Made by a program: the position numbers and the translations under genes. The notes beneath the pieces were generated by a model. The model had not been told where the DNA came from. It saw only the letters and a program-made list of their open reading frames with translations, and ran no database searches. A DNA stretch of 64,000 nt from Octopus sinensis (taxonomy: Eukaryota): contig NC_042997.1 of assembly GCF_006345805.1 (NCBI RefSeq), positions 150,908,001 to 150,972,000 of the forward strand. Reading direction: 5' to 3'. This document shows positions 12,721 to 25,479 of the stretch, piece by piece; position 1 is the first letter of the stretch, and every line of letters starts with the position of its first letter.

Positions 12721-13338
12721 TGTATGTATGTATGTATATTTATATATTACGCACTCACGCTGCCGACCAGATTATCACATGTTCTTACACATCGGTAGTC
12801 ACAACACTCCTTGCATAGTATAAGCTTTCGAATGCAGGCATTCCTGTCTGGGAATTGAACAGACTAACCGCAATATCCCGCACCTTCAATTGCACAAGAA
12901 AATGCACAAAGCATTGACTTTGCATGACGCGCGATGGCATATTGGTCGTAAAGTGTTTGCGTATGACGTTATTGTACACTCAGAGCATTATTAGGCTAAT
13001 AATAACACATGCACTTATCATTTTTCTCTCGATTTCTAAAGAAAAAAATTATCAGGCAGTTATGTAACTAATTAATTATCTAACCAATTTGACTAATCAA
13101 TCATTTGACTACACTAATCAATATATTTGTGGTAAAAGTGCTGTAGATGAGGACGCGTCAGTGGGAAGTTAGGAAGCATCAGAGAAATAATTCTGACAAA
13201 CCGATTGATTCATTACTCGAGTGATTGAACAAATAATTAATGAAATAATTAGTTAATTAGTCGTGTGTTAATAATTGACGAGAATGAAATATAAGCATTA
13301 TGTGAATGGGGGATGAATGCTCACACGAGTATTATATA

Positions 13339-13377
<39 letters not shown>

Positions 13378-13740
13378 ATATATATATATATATATATAAG
13401 GAGACAGATGTATGTACGTGTGTATATCTATATCTATAATTTACATATAAACATATTGAGAACCCATTCTGGCTCTCATAACTTTCCTGTCGAAGAGCTT
13501 AGGGTCCAAACTTCGATGTCGTTTTCATTCTTCCCGAGTGTAAAACTAATCCACCCGCTTGTTGTTAAAATAAAAAGGAAAGGTAAGAAAAAATGGCAAG
13601 AGCTGACAGACACAGAGTGTAATTTAGTTACATAATGAAAAAATAAAGATAGTCTCCTACAGCTGTGTTGGTGATAGCCCAGCTATTGGATCATCATCAT
13701 GCATAGCAAAGACCCCCAGCAGTAAGTATCCTCCGTCACA

Positions 13741-13826
13741 CAGATAGATAGATAGATATAGATAGATAGACAGACATAGACAGACAGACAGAAACAGACA
13801 GACAGACAGACAGACACCAGACAGAC

Positions 13827-13873
<47 letters not shown>

Positions 13874-13896
13874 CATAGATAGATAGATAGATAGAT

Positions 13897-13934
<38 letters not shown>

Positions 13935-13981
13935 TAGATAGATAGATAGATAGATAGATATAGATAGATAGATAGATAGAT
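13741..13981. repeat. (GATA)n/(GACA)n compound microsatellite
   Basis: Directly visible. Confidence 0.95.
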
Positions 13982-15365
13982 AAATATTTGTTTAACATAT
14001 GTAACGGTGGAATGAATGTTCGTCATCAATGATAGTTGTTGTGATTGCGTCTGTCCAGAGAGAGATGAGATATGCAAATAGGCCCAGTTAGAACTAGCGT
14101 GATACGGTATGCATTAGGAAAATCCATAGTCAATAAGAATGTTTATATATTAATCCGTTGTGAGGGGAAAATGGAAGCTAGCAATTCCAAGTGTGGACAA
14201 AAACTGAGAGGAAGAAGTACACACCCTGACAAATACTGAGAAGATAAAGATAGATGGGATTTATGCACGACCCAGAGAGGTTAATGGGACTCGAGTGTAA
14301 AGGCAGATAGATAATTGGTCATCATCATCGCCATCATTGTCAACATAATCGTCATTGTTCTCTCAGCCTTTCTTCCGATTTTGAATTTGAAGATATCAAG
14401 TATCATAGTTTCAGTCCTGCTTTTAATTCTTACGGTTCCTGCCCATACCGAGATACAATCATTCTGTCTTTCTGTAGATCTAACTATGTATTTCGTCACG
14501 AAATTCAAATATATGTTATATAATGAATATATATATTGTGAAACACAGGGTCCATTTATTTCATTATTATTGTAACTAAGTCGTATACAATGTCTATTTT
14601 AGGTAATAGTAATTCAGTCCAAGTATTAGCGACGTTCAGAATTTACTGGTCGCCTACATCCATACATTCTCGAGATCGATTATGTTTGACTTCAAATATA
14701 TCTACCCAAACAAATATTGAATAATAATTCTATCCTTTCAGGACGATGAAATTTAAAGCCTAATATATATTTTGAAGTAGCCAGATAACAATAACTTGAA
14801 AACATGTTATAAATACCTACATCTTAATGACATTAAATGTCAGATTAAAACTCCTATGAATAATTTTCATCGAAGAGAAGATGATCCTATCTCCTACAAT
14901 ATCAACAGTAATACGATATACAAAATCTTATTTTGTTCCGGGAAGATACACAGAAGTGATTTTCGAAAGATACATAGGAAATTACAAATCATTACCAGTG
15001 CACAGCTGCAGGAATGAATACTGTAGTAGGTCATTCTTTTTTTTATCTTTTACTTGATTTAGTTATTGAAATATAGCCATGTAGGGACACTGATTTGAAA
15101 AATAGTAGTCGAGGAAATAGATGCAAGAAGTATTTTTGCAAAGCCCGGTACGTAATTTTTGGATGCCATTCGTCGAAAGGCTATCTTACGGATAGCATGA
15201 GCATAATAAGCCTGTTGTCAACGATGGTGCGAGGTGAACAAATGCTATTATTTACATGTAGACATACATATCCGCGCACGTACTGCATCCTGTTGCTTAA
15301 TTTGATTTTATTCACCTTACTTTGAGTTGTACGGATAATACAGCACTAACTTGGTGCTTCAACTG

Positions 15366-15439
<74 letters not shown>

Positions 15440-15695
15440 TCTCTCTCTCTCTCACTTTATATATATATATACACAGACATCACGAGATGCCTCAAAGTTT
15501 CCGTCTACCAAGTCCACTCACAAGTCTGAGGTACGCAGTGAGACTGAACCAGAAGATATGAGGCTGAGAATCAAAGTTCGTATCACTCACCCACGTCTGC
15601 GCTGATATTTATAAAATATGTATACAACATGTTCATTACTTCGGGTATCGATTTCGATGCAGTAACTAACAAACAAAACGCGGACTCAGATACCA

Positions 15696-15733
<38 letters not shown>

Positions 15734-15788
15734 CACACACACACACAAACGCACACATATACTTTCATACATATGTATACATATAGAT

Positions 15789-15888
15789 NNNNNNNNNNNN
15801 NNNNNNNNNNNNNNNNNNNNNNNNNNNNNNNNNNNNNNNNNNNNNNNNNNNNNNNNNNNNNNNNNNNNNNNNNNNNNNNNNNNNNNNN
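15789..15888. other. Assembly gap (100 N)
   Basis: Run of N. Confidence 1.
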
Positions 15889-17005
15889 CATGAGTTCTTT
15901 CCTTCCTGTCCGACCGAAAAACAGTATACTTCGGTATGTGTATTTCCGCATCTGCTATACTGCTTGACAGGTGCGTTTCAGTCAGCGCCATGCATATTGC
16001 ATGGTTGCTTGTGCTCAAGTCCCTAAGGTAAGGAATTTTACCCATATTAGTGGGTTTCACCAGACCTCTGACTTCAGCAGAAGCACTGGTGAGACCCCGG
16101 GTGTCAATAAAGGCTGACGGTGTGGCACCTGGGCCGGCGTCAGCGGTGCCACCCTGGGTCCTTGATTGTGGTGGTCTTGAGTGCTGTTGTGAGTGCCCCT
16201 GGCTCTGAAGACGATGTATCCAGGCCAGTTGTCCCACAATTTTCTCTGCCATTTCCACAAAATTTCTTTGTTCTGCTGCCGCCGTCTGCATTTCCTCTGC
16301 AAATGTGCGCCTTCTCCTTGTTGGGGCATTACGCACTATGTCTGCATATTTCTGGGGCAGCTTGTATTTGTTCTGGTTTTGTTAAGGCATTTTGGTCGAG
16401 TGGGTTTGATGCAATTTCCATAGGCCTGGGATGAGCGAACCTGCATCCTTCCCCTGTTTCTCCATGCCAGCAGGTTCCATTCCGGAAGAATTTGCATGTT
16501 ATCTGGGTTTTCTTGTCCCCAGTTCCTCTCTGTTTTTTCTTCCTCCGTTGGACGGTTGTCCACTGGTTCCTTTCCTGCATAGGTCCTTTCATCCGGGTGG
16601 TTATTTTCTGTTTCCCCAATCGCCGCCTATCTGTTGTTTGCTCTGCTTGCCTTCTTCGACTGTGGCAGTGGGCGTGTTATTTTTTGACACTCTGTGGTTG
16701 GTGTTTCCTGTTTCCATCTCTCTCTCTTTGTCTTGTCCACCTTGAGGACTTGGCTTAGCAAAGCCATGTGTGGTGCAATGAGAGTGTAGGCCCTTTCGAC
16801 TTCTCTTTTCTTCCTCTCTACTTGCGCCAACGTCCTCATAAAGCCATGGCTTTTCAGGGTCGCCGCTATGTTTTTTAGTTGGTTGCGATCTGTCGGCCGA
16901 GCTCCATCCTCTGATGAAAACTTCCAGCTCTACTTTCGTCCAGTTACGCTGGCTTTTGTTGACGCCAGTGTTTGCATTCACCTCTAATTTTTGCATGTTG
17001 TCCAT
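15889..17005 (-). mobile_element. CR1-group LINE 5' portion: ORF1 with CCCH finger plus start of ORF2 AP-endonuclease
   Basis: ORF1 has TCKFFRNGTCWHGETGEGCRFAHP. ORF2 has VRGL…KIPYLRDL…ICMALTETHLSSSIADAEIHIPKYTVFRSDR. Frameshifted and cut by the gap. Confidence 0.85.
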
Positions 17006-17159
17006 TCGTTGTAGCGGGGAGAGAGAGAGAAGCTGTGAGGGAAAAAGGGAGAAGGGAGGAGAGAGGAAGATATTGTGATTGTGAGGAAGGGAGGAATTAT
17101 ATTAATATTATATTTTTAATTTATATTAATCTAATAGTGCAATAGGGGGTATGGAGAAA

Positions 17160-17875
17160 GTAGAGAAAGGGAGCGTCTATGTACTTAAGGAGAAATTGGG
17201 AGCCGAGAGTAAGAGAGAAGAGGAAGAGGAGAACTGAGAGCTGAAGGAAGAGAGAGAAAGCGTCTTTCCTTATATGTATCCGAGAGAGGAGAGTAAGTTA
17301 GAAGAGAAAGGGAGCGTCTATGTACTTAAGAGAAATTGGGAGCCGAGAGTAAGAGAGAGAGGAAGAGGAGAGACCGAGAGCTGAAGGAAGAGAGAAAGCG
17401 TCTATGTCCTTATATGTATCCGAGAGAGGAGAGTAAGTTAGAAGAGAAAGGAGCGTCTATGTACTTAAGGAGAATTGGGAGCCGAGAGTAGAGAGAGAAG
17501 AGAAGAGGAGAGAACCGAGAGCTGAAGGAAGAGAGAGAAAGCGTCTATGTCCTTATATGTATCCGAGAGAGGAGAGTAAGTTAGAAGAGAAAGGGAGCGT
17601 CTATGTACTTAGAGAAATTGGGAGCCGAGAGTAAGAGAGAAGAGAAGAGGAGAGACCGAGAGCTGAAGGAAGAGAGGAAAGCGTCTATGTCCTTATATGT
17701 ATCCGAGAGAGGAGAGAGTAAGTTAGAAGAGAAGGGAAGCGTCTATGTACTTAAGGAGAAATGGGAGCCGAGAGTAAGAGAGAAGAGAAGAGGAGAGACC
17801 GAGAGCTAAGGAAGAAGAGAGAAAGCGTCTATGTCCTTATATGTATCCGAGAGAGGAGAGTAAGTTAGAAGAGAG
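17160..17875 (-). repeat. ~141-bp tandem repeat, about 5 copies, upstream of LINE ORF1
   Basis: gagcgtctatgtactta recurs near 17171, 17312, 17452, 17596 and 17737. Confidence 0.9.
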
Positions 17876-18218
17876 AAATGGAGAGACAAGGAGAAGCGGG
17901 AGAGAAACTGAAGAGATAGGGAGAGAAGGAAGAAATATAGATAGAATTTATATATTTGAAAGAGGGGAGTAAGATAGAATGAGAGCTATGAAGAGACAAG
18001 GAGAAGCGTGAGTGAGAGAAACTGAAGAGACAGACAGAGGGAGAGAGAGGGGAGAATTCTAAGCGAAGCTATTTGTACACACACACACACGCGTATACAT
18101 ACATACACATACACACATATACATTTGTGCACACGCACATATATAAACAGTAGTACCAAGTGAGTATATAAAGAAACATAATAATAATAATGAAATAGCT
18201 GAAAGAAAACAATCCAAG

Positions 18219-18470
18219 AGATTTTACAGAAATTAAGCAGAGAAAAAGAGAAAGAAAAATATGTATTTGTCGCTACAGACAATGTATTCTAAAATAAAAA
18301 CTAATTGCGACTATACTTTTAACACACGCATATACATACACATAGAGATTTTACAGAATTTAAGCAGAGAAAAAGAGAAAAGAAGATATACATTTGTCCG
18401 TCGCTAAAACAATGTCTTCTAAAAATAATTGCGGCTATACTTCTAACACACGCATATACATACACATAGA
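18219..18470. repeat. ~127-bp tandem duplication
   Basis: gattttacagaa.ttaagcagagaaaaagagaaagaa…taattgcg.ctatactt.taacacacgcatatacatac occurs twice. Confidence 0.85.
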
Positions 18471-19090
18471 TATATTATTATTTTCTGTTTGAAAGAACAC
18501 TAATGATAACAAAATAAGTAATATTTTTTTTTTCCTTACCTTACCGGCTGAGAGAGAGAGTACTTACGCGATTCCTTTTTATGAGAAAGGAAGATAGATA
18601 GACGAGACAGACCTTTTATTCTCCAAGCGCTTTGTAAACAAAAGGGATTTGAGTTTCGATTTAGCACGTGCAACAGTTTGTATTTCCCTAAGCGATTTGG
18701 TATTAAGCAGCAAATTTTTCAGAGGCTTTTTCAGAACACGCAGATATACATCAAAAACAAAATATCCTGTGTCTTGTGATTCACAGACGAAGAATAAAAT
18801 TCACTTCGATTTCGGGAAGGTAACACACGTGCGTTTTTTAACACGTGTATTCGCGAGTATGTTCTAGTTGCAAAACACTATATCAAAAGCGAAAATATTC
18901 TTCTCAAATACAGTGACTTGTTGTACTTTCACTTATATTCGCTTTGCAGACAATTTCGCTTCTGATAACATCGATCTCTGGAAGGACTTCCTTAATGTTT
19001 AGGAGAGAGACGTTAACACACTTGTTGTTAGTTCAGCGCCATATATATATATATATATATATATATGTTAATATATTATAATATACACTA

Positions 19091-19140
<50 letters not shown>

Positions 19141-19235
19141 TATATATTATAATATACATATATACATACAGGCATATATATATATATATACAAAGCTGTA
19201 TACATATATATACAGCTGTAATATATATATGTATA

Positions 19236-19272
<37 letters not shown>

Positions 19273-19347
19273 ATATATATATATATACATACTATATATA
19301 TCTATATATATAATATATGTTATATATATATATATATACACATATAT

Positions 19348-19399
<52 letters not shown>

Positions 19400-20297
19400 T
19401 ATACATATTATATATATATGTATTATATATATATATTAGTATATATCAATATCTATATATACATATATATCTATATATGTACGTATATATATATATATAT
19501 ATACATATATTGTATATAATATATATATATATATATATATCTATATATATCTACATATATAATATATATATATATATAATATACATATATATATATATAT
19601 GTGTATATAATATATCTATATATCTATATATATATATATATATATATATTATACACACCACATATATATATATATATATATATCATTGTAAATAATAAAA
19701 AAACAGACGTATAAGACATTTATCAACCACCATGATAATATTTAGTTTAGCACGTTCAATGATACGACTGAGAGGATTCCCATTGTGTCGGTGCCTGCAA
19801 AAGACGCAGAAAGTCGAGCCTGAAGCAAATTAAATTATGGCTTTGCGGGCAAAAAACATGGCCGATAGGTAACGCTTATAATTCTTCTTTAGTGAAACAC
19901 TTCATCTCACGTTACTATGCTGTAACTTTGACACACAATGTGTGGTACAATGTGCCCATGTTCACGCAATGTAGATTTGATGGAAGGAGTGAGCTAAAGC
20001 ACATACATTTATTCACGTTTAACAAATTATTTCCAGTGGTTGTGAACCGAAGGAACAGTCTTTTTTGGAATGCGTGAGTGTACGACCATATATTCGCAGG
20101 GAAGGTACCTGAAGAGTTCATGATTTTACTGTTATTACGAGCTTAGGAAAACTGAGGGACCACTACAATTCATGTTTGAATCTGTGAGAGGAATATGTTG
20201 AATCAAATCGTAATTAATCGATCGTCCTATACTTTCTTTTGCTCAAAGCCACGAATAGTTCACCACTCCCACCTGTATATATGTATGTATGTGTGTG

Positions 20298-20384
<87 letters not shown>

Positions 20385-20994
20385 ATATGTATGTGTACCT
20401 ATGTATCATAATACATATGTACCTATGCATTATGTGTGCATGTATGCATCAGATTTACTAGATATATCACAGACAGTATGAAAGCGCTCATCAAATGCCA
20501 CTGAAAATAATGTGGCATCCCATAAATGTCCAGTAGTGTCTACTTATTTTGAAATGTTTGTCTACGTTTGTGCTTTGTTAAATATAAATCTTTAAAAATT
20601 TATACCATACTAGACCTTCATTCTCACCTCAGTCACGAAAATGTATTTATTACTGAAAGCCAATCATTTTCCATTATTTATACGCATTATTTACATGCCA
20701 GTCATTGTCCTAAGACTAGTTAAGAGAGCATTTCCTACATTTACGAATAAATATATGCACGATTTTCCACATATGCTTGAGCAGGTATATTTACATATAT
20801 CTGTGCATGCTATGAAATTGGAAAATTTTGCAAGAGTTGCAATATAAAATACCTGAAAAGGACCTGGAGATATCAATATGACTTATTAACATTTACTTAG
20901 CCGGTTTCAGAATCTCCAGTTTGTGAATATTAATGAAAGCTGTAATTCAGATGGAGCGGATGGTACACTTCGTATAATATAGCTTCGTCCAATT

Positions 20995-21285
20995 CTGGAT
21001 TTTGCATAACATTCAATGTCGAAATTTGTTACTAGCCCTTCTAGTGTTTTCTACACGTAAATAATTACATATCTGTGGCTTCTTCGCTCCACAGAGTTGA
21101 GTCGTATTATTTTAGTCTATCCCTGCAGCTCATCTGTTGCACTGTTACAATATTTTTTAGTGTAGTGACGTTGGACCGCTTGAAGCTTTGTTGTTAATTT
21201 ACTATTATATGGTGGCCGTAGGTGAGAGCTATAATTCAGGTGGATGAGAACAAAGCTCCTCCACTATAATGCCATCTACCCTAAC
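20995..21285 (-). mobile_element. CR1-like ORF2 C-terminal fragment
   Basis: LWRSFVLIHLNYSS…LQAVQRHYTKK…RLNSVERRSHRYVIIYV*KTLEGLV. Confidence 0.7.
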
Positions 21286-21290
21286 ATAGG

Positions 21291-22540
21291 CCTTTACAAC
21301 ACGGCTTCGTGCCGAAGAGATCATGCTTGACCAACTTACTAGTAATGGAAGAATTGGTGACGCGCATCCTCGATGATAGTGATGCTGTTGACATCGTTTT
21401 ACTGGACTTTGCCAAAGCTTTTGACTCGGTAAACCACCGCCTATTGCTTGTCAAGCTTCAAGCATATAGTTTCCATCCGGATATTGTACGATGGGTTGGT
21501 GCCTTCCTCTCAGATCGCTCCTTCCAAGTCCAAGTTAATGGTTCGCGGTCCGACGTCTCCAGTGCGAGCAGTGGCGTGCCTCAAGGTTCAGTGCTTGGGC
21601 AATTGTTGTTCTTAGTCTTCATAAATGACTTGCCCGACGACCTCACGCAACACACCCTTCTATTTGCCGACGATATCAAACTGGTCGCTCCTCGCGGTAA
21701 TATAGAGGATCTTCGTCGATGCCTCCACCAAATTTGGAAGTGGTCTAACGATTGGGACCTGTGTCTGAACGTGTCAAAGTGCTGTCATCTGCCTGTCGGC
21801 TCTACTCCTGCAACTCAACTTGATTTCGAGCCGGGTCGTCTGCTACTGGAGAGGACCGATCAGGTAAAGGACCTAGTATCTTGGTGGATTCCTCCTTTTC
21901 GCCTTCGGCCCAGTGCATCCATGCTGCCAACAAAGCACGCGGAATTCTGTTCTTGATTCGACGGTCATTCGGAATGCTCACAGCAGCCATATTCCTACCA
22001 CTCTATGTCACGCTGTGAGACCCATATTGGAGTATGGGATTCAAGCCTCTTCTCCTTATCTCCTCAAAGACATACAGCATCTCGAAAGAGTCCAGAAGCT
22101 GGCTACCCGCATGGTTCATGGTCTCAAAAATTTGTCCTACGAAGAAAGCTGAGGACGCTCGACCTTTATTCTCTTGAAAAACGCCGCCGCCGTGGTGATC
22201 TCATTCTCGCCCACAACATCATAAGCGGAAAGTGTAACCTCTCGAAAGAGCTGTTCTTGACTCCTGCTCCAGAGCGTTGGCTGCGGGGTCATTCCGAAAA
22301 GCTCTACCTGCGACGATTTCATCTCAACGAAGGAGAGGAGATTTCTCTCCGTCCGGGTTGCGGATCCGTGAACAAGCTGCCAGACGAGATGGTGAAGATG
22401 CCGACGACCGCTTTGTTCAAAGCCTCCCTTGACCTCAAGTGGCCTGAACTCTTTACATGAACACCACCCTGTACTTAACTCCATGTCCCCCTACATGGCC
22501 TTGCTATTTGCTTTTGAGCCAAATTAACTAACTAACTAAC
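21291..22540 (+). mobile_element. CR1-like LINE, 5'-truncated, RT plus 3' UTR
   Basis: HGFVPKRSCLTNLL…LDFAKAFDSVNH…SGVPQGSVLG.LLFLVFINDL…LFADDIKL…LERVQKLATRMV…LYSLEKRRRRGDLI; (taac)n tail. Confidence 0.95.
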
Positions 22541-22783
22541 AAAGCAATCATATATTGCTCTGACATCTGTATGGCCCAGCAGCTGTTTCAAAATCTAGTC
22601 ACAGTCTTATGAGCGGTGGGTGAAGCAGCTTCTTCATAGACGGAAGTAATGCCGTGTATCGTTCAGTCAGTTATTCTTTTTCCTAGGAACATCAGTTTCT
22701 TTACGATGATTTGTTCTATAAATCTGCTGAGTATATATGTCTATCTCTCTCTCTCTCTCACTCTCTCTCTCTCTCTCTCTCTT

Positions 22784-22821
<38 letters not shown>

Positions 22822-22853
22822 ATCACTTCTCTCTCTTTCTCTCTCTCTCTCTA

Positions 22854-22891
<38 letters not shown>

Positions 22892-22925
22892 AGGAAATCT
22901 AATTCTCGGCGTCAACTATGATTGT

Positions 22926-22970
22926 CACACGCTGACGAGAGGTCAATACCTCGAAACTCGAGTCCGTGTG
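22926..22970 (+). ncRNA. Type I hammerhead ribozyme, copy 1
   Basis: CACACG-CUGACGA-GAGG[UCAAUA]CCUC-GAAA-CUCGAG-UC-CGUGUG. Stem I extends (AUGAU/AUCAU, CAACU/AGUUG). GUC cleavage predicted after 22964. Confidence 0.92.
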
Positions 22971-23275
22971 TATCATAAGTTGAAGACGGGAAGGATGACT
23001 TCCCTTTGCAAATACTGACAGGACACAGATAGTGGTCTATTGCCAGCTGGAGGAGTGTGTCCTCCTGGGGCTAAAAACTACAGTAGCATCCACCCTTAGG
23101 GGTTAGCCATATTGAAATGGCAAAAATACGTCACGATGTGTTACCGCTACTGTATAACTCACTTTGATATTTATCATTGTTTGATTTCACTTTTTCAATA
23201 TCAGCGACAGTGGGCGCTGGAAAAAGTATAAGTATTTGTGAAGGAAATCTAATTCTCGGCGACAACTATGATTGT

Positions 23276-23320
23276 CACACGCTGACGAGAGGTCAATACC
23301 TCGAAACTCGAGTCCGTGTG
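23276..23320 (+). ncRNA. Type I hammerhead ribozyme, copy 2
   Basis: Identical to copy 1; cleavage predicted after 23314. Confidence 0.92.
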
Positions 23321-23612
23321 TATCATAAGTTGAAGACGGGAAGGATGACTTCCTTTGCAAATACTGACAGGACACAGATAGTGTGTCTATGGCCAGCTGG
23401 AGGAGTGTGTCCTCCTGGGGCTAAAAACTACAGTAGCATCCACCCTTAGGGGTTAGCCATATTGAAATGGCAAAAATACGTCACGATATATATATAATAT
23501 TATGTATATATATATATAATATTATTATATATATATATATAATATTATGTATATATATATATTATGTATATATATATATATATATATAATATATTATGTA
23601 TATATATATATT

Positions 23613-23652
<40 letters not shown>

Positions 23653-23654
23653 AA

Positions 23655-23994
23655 GGCGCATGGCTCAGTGGTTAGAGCGTCGAGCTTACGATCGTGAGGT
23701 TGTGAGCTCGAATCCCGGACCGGGCTGCGTGTTGTGTTCTCGACCAATGCACTTTATTTCACGTTGCTCCAGTTCACTCAGCTGTAGAAATGAGTTGTGA
23801 CGTCACTGGTGCCAAGCTGTATCGACCTTTGTCTTTCCCTTGGATAAGAACTGGTGGCGTGGAGAGGGGAGACTGGTATGCATGGGCGACTGCTGGCCTT
23901 CCATAAAAACAACGTTGCCCAGACTTGTGTCTAGGAGGGTAACTTTCTAGGTGCAATCCCATGGTCATTCATGACCGAAGGGGGTCTTTACCCT
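23655..23994 (+). mobile_element. Full-length tRNA-derived SINE
   Basis: A box tggctcagtgg (23661), B box gctcgaatccc (23706), conserved body; inserted in (TA/TG)n. Confidence 0.9.
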
Positions 23995-24054
<60 letters not shown>

Positions 24055-24444
24055 ATCTGGTCATTACAGCCTAGAAACTCTAGAAATACAGCTCTATCCC
24101 AGTTCATTACCTTTCTGAGAAATGTTGTTTTTACATAAATACTGCTTTATAAGACCAGCTTAGAAAGTTACACCCTAAAATTATAAACAAGAATATTGAT
24201 CCTCTATAGGTATTATGAGTCCTAATGATATTACTATGGACTGTGCGTGATATATCTTAATTTCACACGCAATTATTATGTAATTTATGCTTTCCATTAT
24301 ACAATGATTAATCTTGCACATGCTATTCAAACAATTGTCACCAAAATTCAAAGAGGAATCCGTAACAGTGTATATATATATATATATATATAGTGAGAAG
24401 ATCATAAAATTGTTTCCTATCAATAAAAAGACTTATAGACAACT

Positions 24445-24590
24445 CGTACTTAGCGGTTCGGCAAAAGAACCGATAGAATAGGTACTAGGCTTAGAAAGAA
24501 TGTCCTGGGGTCGATTTGCTCGACTAAAGGCGGTGTTGCAGTATATCCGCAATCAAATGCCTAAAACATAAAAAAGAATGAATGAATGTA
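24445..24590 (+). mobile_element. SINE-like repeat, 3' part
   Basis: cttagcggttcggcaaaaga…cctggggtcgatttgctcgactaaaggcggtg…; (aatg)n tail. Confidence 0.8.
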
Positions 24591-24627
<37 letters not shown>

Positions 24628-24647
24628 ATATGTATATATATATAAAG

Positions 24648-24860
24648 TAGCAATAATTTGCCAACCTAATGTGGCAGACCCGTTTGGGGCGAAATCTACT
24701 GTTGTTTAGCCACAGGAGATATTGTCTCCTGCTGGCTATACGACACACGATCTGCGTCCTTATATTTTCGAACAGGAGAGATGGGAACCCCCACCCAGCA
24801 AAAGGCAGTATCTTTGGATCGTGTAGTTTCAGGGTTATTTCCCTTGGTCGGTACGTAACA
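24648..24860 (-). mobile_element. Diverged relative of the 350-bp HHR unit, with decayed hammerhead
   Basis: Reverse complement has CCGACCA-AGGG[AAAUAA]CCCU-GAAA, then aggacgcagatcgtgtgtcgtatagccagc.ggag…ctcctg.ggctaaacaacagtag, collinear with 23000-23120. Confidence 0.65.
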
Positions 24861-24972
24861 ACTCTTTTGGCTGAGATGGCACTGCTAAACACCCGTTCGA
24901 AACTATATATCATTTTCCAAGTGGCTCACAGGCACTGATCTAGTAAATAGACACATAGTTGTTCCTATATCT

Positions 24973-25231
24973 CTCAGCGAGAGATATTCAGTAGTAGCAC
25001 TTTAAAGTAACGATTATTTGCCAAACTAACATGGCAGCCCCGTTCGGGGTGAATGTCACTGTTGTTCATCCCCAGGAGATATATAAAGACACTGATAGTG
25101 TGTTGTATAGCCAGCTGGAGATGATGACTGCTGGGGCTAAACAACAGAAGCAATCGTCCCAAAGGGACTGCTACATTGTGTTGGCAAATAATCGTTACTT
25201 TAAAGTGCTGATATTGAATCTCTCACTGAGT
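24973..25231. repeat. Head-to-head inverted pair of the same repeat family
   Basis: ctcagcgagaga…gcactttaaagtaacgattatttgccaa… pairs with …ttggcaaataatcgttactttaaagtgc…tctctcactgag. Confidence 0.8.
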
Positions 25232-25255
25232 GATTGAGGAGCAACAATGTTTATA

Positions 25256-25299
<44 letters not shown>

Positions 25300-25479
25300 A
25301 TATATACTTATATATACGCATGTGTATGTCTGTGTATGTATATACATAAATATACAGGCTCAATGACACAGACACGCATATGTGTGTGCACACACACACA
25401 CATACACACACACACATATATATATATATATGAGAGGTTTTGCTATCAAGAAGACCAAAAATGCAGTTAAGACTATGTA

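Larger units (their letters stand above)
22891..23487 (+). mobile_element. Tandem 350-bp repeat (1.7 units) carrying two hammerheads; retrozyme-like or Penelope pLTR dimer
   Basis: 22891-23137 is repeated at 23241-23487 (offset 350) with few differences; flanked by (TA)n on both sides. Confidence 0.9.

Noticed and set aside
12740-12980. Possible Helitron helicase remnant
   Set aside because: The resemblance to the LCNGTRL region is too weak to support by eye.
14281-14575. Hydrophobic ORFs resembling GPCR or channel transmembrane segments
   Set aside because: The hydrophobicity comes from a (CAT)-like low-complexity patch; no family motif or convincing splice sites.
17160-17875. CRISPR-like array
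   Set aside because: Units are full-length tandem copies with no unique spacers; eukaryotic context and no cas genes.
23655-23730. tRNA gene
   Set aside because: A and B boxes are present but continue into a SINE body without a proper acceptor stem, so it is a SINE head.
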